Origin: a virus
Lineage: Duplodnaviria > Caudoviricetes
Direction: 5' to 3' (one strand)
Virus record (IMG/VR): IMGVR_UViG_3300048880_000066
Span: 1-28,197 of that record
Length of the DNA: 28,197 nt
Shown here in pieces: positions 25,767 to 28,197 of the stretch. The notes under the pieces are model-generated. The model was not told the DNA's origin. It was given only the letters and a program-made list of their open reading frames with translations, and searched no databases. Within the stretch, counting starts at the first letter, position 1; every line of letters begins with the position of its first letter. Both the position numbers and the translations under genes were made by a program.

Positions 25767-26163
25767 TGTTCGCGCTCTCTATTATAAAAGTGACAGGCTC
25801 ATTGCTGAGAAATGAGTTGTTCACTTGGATCATGGATTTGTCTGGGACAACTCCATGAATGGCTGAGATTTTATCCATAACCTGTAACACTATCCTGACC
25901 GCCTCGACATCTCCTCCCAATGCCCGCTGATACCAGCGGAGAAGAATCTGATTGTAACGTTCCATCTGCAACGCTCGAACCTGATCCGCCATCCCGACAT
26001 GCTCTCTGGCGAGTTCACCAAGAACTCGCGTTACATCTTTTTGAATCTGGGACGACGACACGCCCTCTTGATCTGCGATCTGTCGGACGCTTGCTCCGGC
26101 AACCTTGGACTGAAGAACGCGGAATTGCCGCTGTCGCACAGCCATTGTCTGTTTATTAGCCAT
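25696..26163 (-). CDS. terS: Terminase small subunit (HTH)
   Basis: GASVRQIADQEGVSSSQIQKDV HTH, helical middle, directly upstream of terL. Confidence 0.7.
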   Translation of the reverse strand: MANKQTMAVRQRQFRVLQSKVAGASVRQIADQEGVSSSQIQKDVTRVLGELAREHVGMADQVRALQMERYNQILLRWYQRALGGDVEAVRIVLQVMDKISAIHGVVPDKSMIQVNNSFLSNEPVTFIIESANNDDTNQIQTTPTILEATGRDLQP

Positions 26164-26596
26164 AAGTAATCCTGCTCACCTTGTCAGTCTGGGCCTGTTT
26201 TGACCTGTTGGTGATGATCATATTCTCTGCAATCTTGACGAAAAACGGATTCAATGTCCACAGCTTCTCCACGAAATGGATGATGTAATTCTCGACGCTT
26301 GCTCCAATGGATTCGGCGGCGCAGACGGTACAGCCCATCGAGTTCAGATATGCGTCGATCGCACCTTCTGCGATCTCGCATTCTTGCTCCGGCATGTTGA
26401 GGTGGGTTTCGATTCGGTACTCGTCATGAATGCGACAGTTCACCGTCTTGAATACGATGTCGATCTTTTTCTTGGGACGGTCTAAGAAATCTTCCTTATT
26501 AGTAAACCCCCAAGCATACACGCCGTCCCATGCCTTATTCCCCTCCTCGTCTTCGTTCCAGTAGTTCTCGAAGATGTAATTTGTATCGTCTGGCAT
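26156..26596 (-). CDS. Hypothetical protein
   Basis: RBS AAGGAG; acidic and aromatic; CxxH and CxxC motifs. Confidence 0.75.
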   Translation of the reverse strand: MPDDTNYIFENYWNEDEEGNKAWDGVYAWGFTNKEDFLDRPKKKIDIVFKTVNCRIHDEYRIETHLNMPEQECEIAEGAIDAYLNSMGCTVCAAESIGASVENYIIHFVEKLWTLNPFFVKIAENMIITNRSKQAQTDKVSRITYG

Positions 26597-26605
26597 CTGT
26601 TCTCC

Positions 26606-27718
26606 TTAGATAATAGCGAGGGTTTTTGCGCCCCTGTAATCTATCGCCCCAACATATTTGAATCCGGCTGTTACGCGCCCCGATGCTGTAGTCGCTCCCA
26701 TTTGAACATCGCTCGCCGACTTCCCTGTCGGTGACACCCTGCGCGGCTTTCCCGTCATGCGCCAATTCGTCGACTTGGCTCGCGTCCATATCATCGCTGG
26801 ATGGGCCATTCGATCATACACGGGTTTCCCCGTCGCTCGCATCATCGAGGCGACCCTGTCAGCCATGACAGTCCCGATCCCCAGCCCTTGATAATCCGGC
26901 AGACAGACCGTCCTCGACAGTCTCCAGCCGGACGCGGTTGCGTGAGGGAACGACAGCACCCCGACGAATGCGACGGGAGTGTCGTTCATAAACGCCACGA
27001 AACACGTCGTCGACTGGTTTATGCTCTGGCTTAGATAGTGAAATCGACTGAAGGTACTCCATGCGCTTTTATTGACTCGGCGAATGGTGAGTGAAACTTC
27101 CGGTCGTCGCCGAACCGACCTCCATGTGAACTGGTTATCGGCTGGCTCATACAGCCAGTCGGGTTGCAACCAATCGACGATATCGTAATGACAGGACACG
27201 GCGACGAACTGTCCTCCGCGTCTCCGTACGGCTTTCGCCATCGAGTGGCTTCCGATCTGAGCGACTGTCCGGTCGACGACGCTGGTGAACTCATCAAGTA
27301 CAACCAGCCCGTCGGAGACAATGGCTCGCGCAAGATTGGCGCGGAACTGCTCTCCGGTAGACAGCACATGGAACGGACGCAACCAGTTCGGCGGACTGCC
27401 GAACCCAACGCTCGACAGAGCATAGGTGATGTCTTTTATCGACATGATGTCAGGAAAAGAATCGACGATACTTTCGCCCTTCTTCCAATCGAACTCCTTG
27501 ATGGCGTCGCCAAAAACCTCCGACGCGATGGTGGTTTTCCCAGAGCCAGACGCGCCGACGATGAGTCCAACGTTCCACTCCTGCTCGTCGAGCGGCATTG
27601 ATACCGTCCACCCCTCTCGGCTGACTTCGTCGGCCTTGAGGTCGAAGATGCCCTCGACCTGTTGGACGCGCGGCGTCCGTTTAATGTCGGCAGTTCTTAG
27701 GATATTAAACTCTGGCAT
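26606..27718 (-). CDS. ABC-type ATPase fused to a GNAT acetyltransferase (Mom-like candidate)
   Basis: Walker A GASGSGKT, signature LSTGEQFR, Walker B VVLDEF, H-loop SCH; C-terminal FHYL...RTVCLPDYQGLGIG acetyl-CoA-binding motif A. Confidence 0.85.
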   Translation of the reverse strand: MPEFNILRTADIKRTPRVQQVEGIFDLKADEVSREGWTVSMPLDEQEWNVGLIVGASGSGKTTIASEVFGDAIKEFDWKKGESIVDSFPDIMSIKDITYALSSVGFGSPPNWLRPFHVLSTGEQFRANLARAIVSDGLVVLDEFTSVVDRTVAQIGSHSMAKAVRRRGGQFVAVSCHYDIVDWLQPDWLYEPADNQFTWRSVRRRPEVSLTIRRVNKSAWSTFSRFHYLSQSINQSTTCFVAFMNDTPVAFVGVLSFPHATASGWRLSRTVCLPDYQGLGIGTVMADRVASMMRATGKPVYDRMAHPAMIWTRAKSTNWRMTGKPRRVSPTGKSASDVQMGATTASGRVTAGFKYVGAIDYRGAKTLAII

Positions 27719-28197
27719 GTAAGCCCTTCCATTGAGAATCGATCAAGTAATTGCCTCTGATGTTCTTCGTCATTGCACAGAATAACGACCTCGAATTTCG
27801 ACTCCAGAGCGTCCGTCTCATCTCCTGAAACCGCCTCCGAAAAGTCGAGATCAGAACCGAGGTTCGCCATTTCCGACAAGATGTCAGATAACGAGTTATC
27901 CTCGACGGTGATTCCTGCCAGTAAATCGGCGAGAATATCGCTGTCGGTGTCAGCCATAGCACCCAACACGTCATGCGTTGCGAGAACTTTGTCCGCCTCT
28001 TCGTCGTCGAGATCGACAATCAAGACCGGAACTTCGGTGTCTGATGCCACCTCAGTCCGGAGATGTCCGTCGATTAGCACCAGCCCTGCGGGTGTTTCCC
28101 GTGCGATTACCGCGTCAGCAAAGCCCACGTCAGCCAACATGGAACGTAATGCGTTCTCCTGCGTCTCAGGATGCCTCCTCCAGTTCTTCGGATTGGG
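27697..28197 (-). CDS. ParB/Srx-like N-terminal domain protein (5'-truncated)
   Basis: Frame is open to the window edge: PNPKNWRRHPETQENALRSMLADVGF...LIDGHLR...VPV; no methylase domain follows. Confidence 0.85.
   Translation of the reverse strand, partial: PNPKNWRRHPETQENALRSMLADVGFADAVIARETPAGLVLIDGHLRTEVASDTEVPVLIVDLDDEEADKVLATHDVLGAMADTDSDILADLLAGITVEDNSLSDILSEMANLGSDLDFSEAVSGDETDALESKFEVVILCNDEEHQRQLLDRFSMEGLTCQSLIS

Noticed and set aside
26606-27718. ABC transporter as an auxiliary metabolic gene
   Set aside because: No permease or binding protein nearby; the ATPase is fused to a GNAT domain and lies in the packaging locus.
1-28197. Many 60-185 aa antisense or out-of-frame ORFs in the track (for example 8454-9011, 19127-19654, 27164-27601)
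   Set aside because: They shadow well-supported genes and lack RBS and recognisable motifs.
1-28197. CRISPR array, tRNA, integrase/att site, intein or further introns
   Set aside because: No repeat-spacer array, cloverleaf or recombinase motif was seen; terL, portal and helicase read through without breaks. Lifestyle cannot be determined from this window.

Overview
Contig of a tailed dsDNA phage or prophage with siphovirus-like, HK97-type morphogenesis genes. The + strand (1-4267) holds an early/replication arm: DUF932-like protein, HTH protein, unknown genes and a RecA-fold AAA_25/RepA-type helicase. The - strand (28197 down to 4335) is a long, tightly coupled late arm: ParB-like protein, ABC-ATPase/GNAT fusion, TerS, TerL, three tiny Cys/His proteins (one Mu Com-like), portal fused to a MuF domain, prohead protease, major capsid protein, neck genes, two tail-tube paralogs, a tail chaperone with a -1 frameshift site, tape measure, a compositionally foreign fibre module, a hub-like protein, further fibres, and a membrane-protein cluster with no recognisable endolysin. 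The best-supported unusual feature is a 286-nt ORF-less group I intron (20507-20792) that splits the major capsid gene. Also notable are a Com-like gene directly upstream of a hairpin that buries the portal start codon, a possible Mom-like DNA-modification locus, and the apparently endolysin-free lysis region. All calls come from manual reading of motifs and hand folding; no database searches were run.
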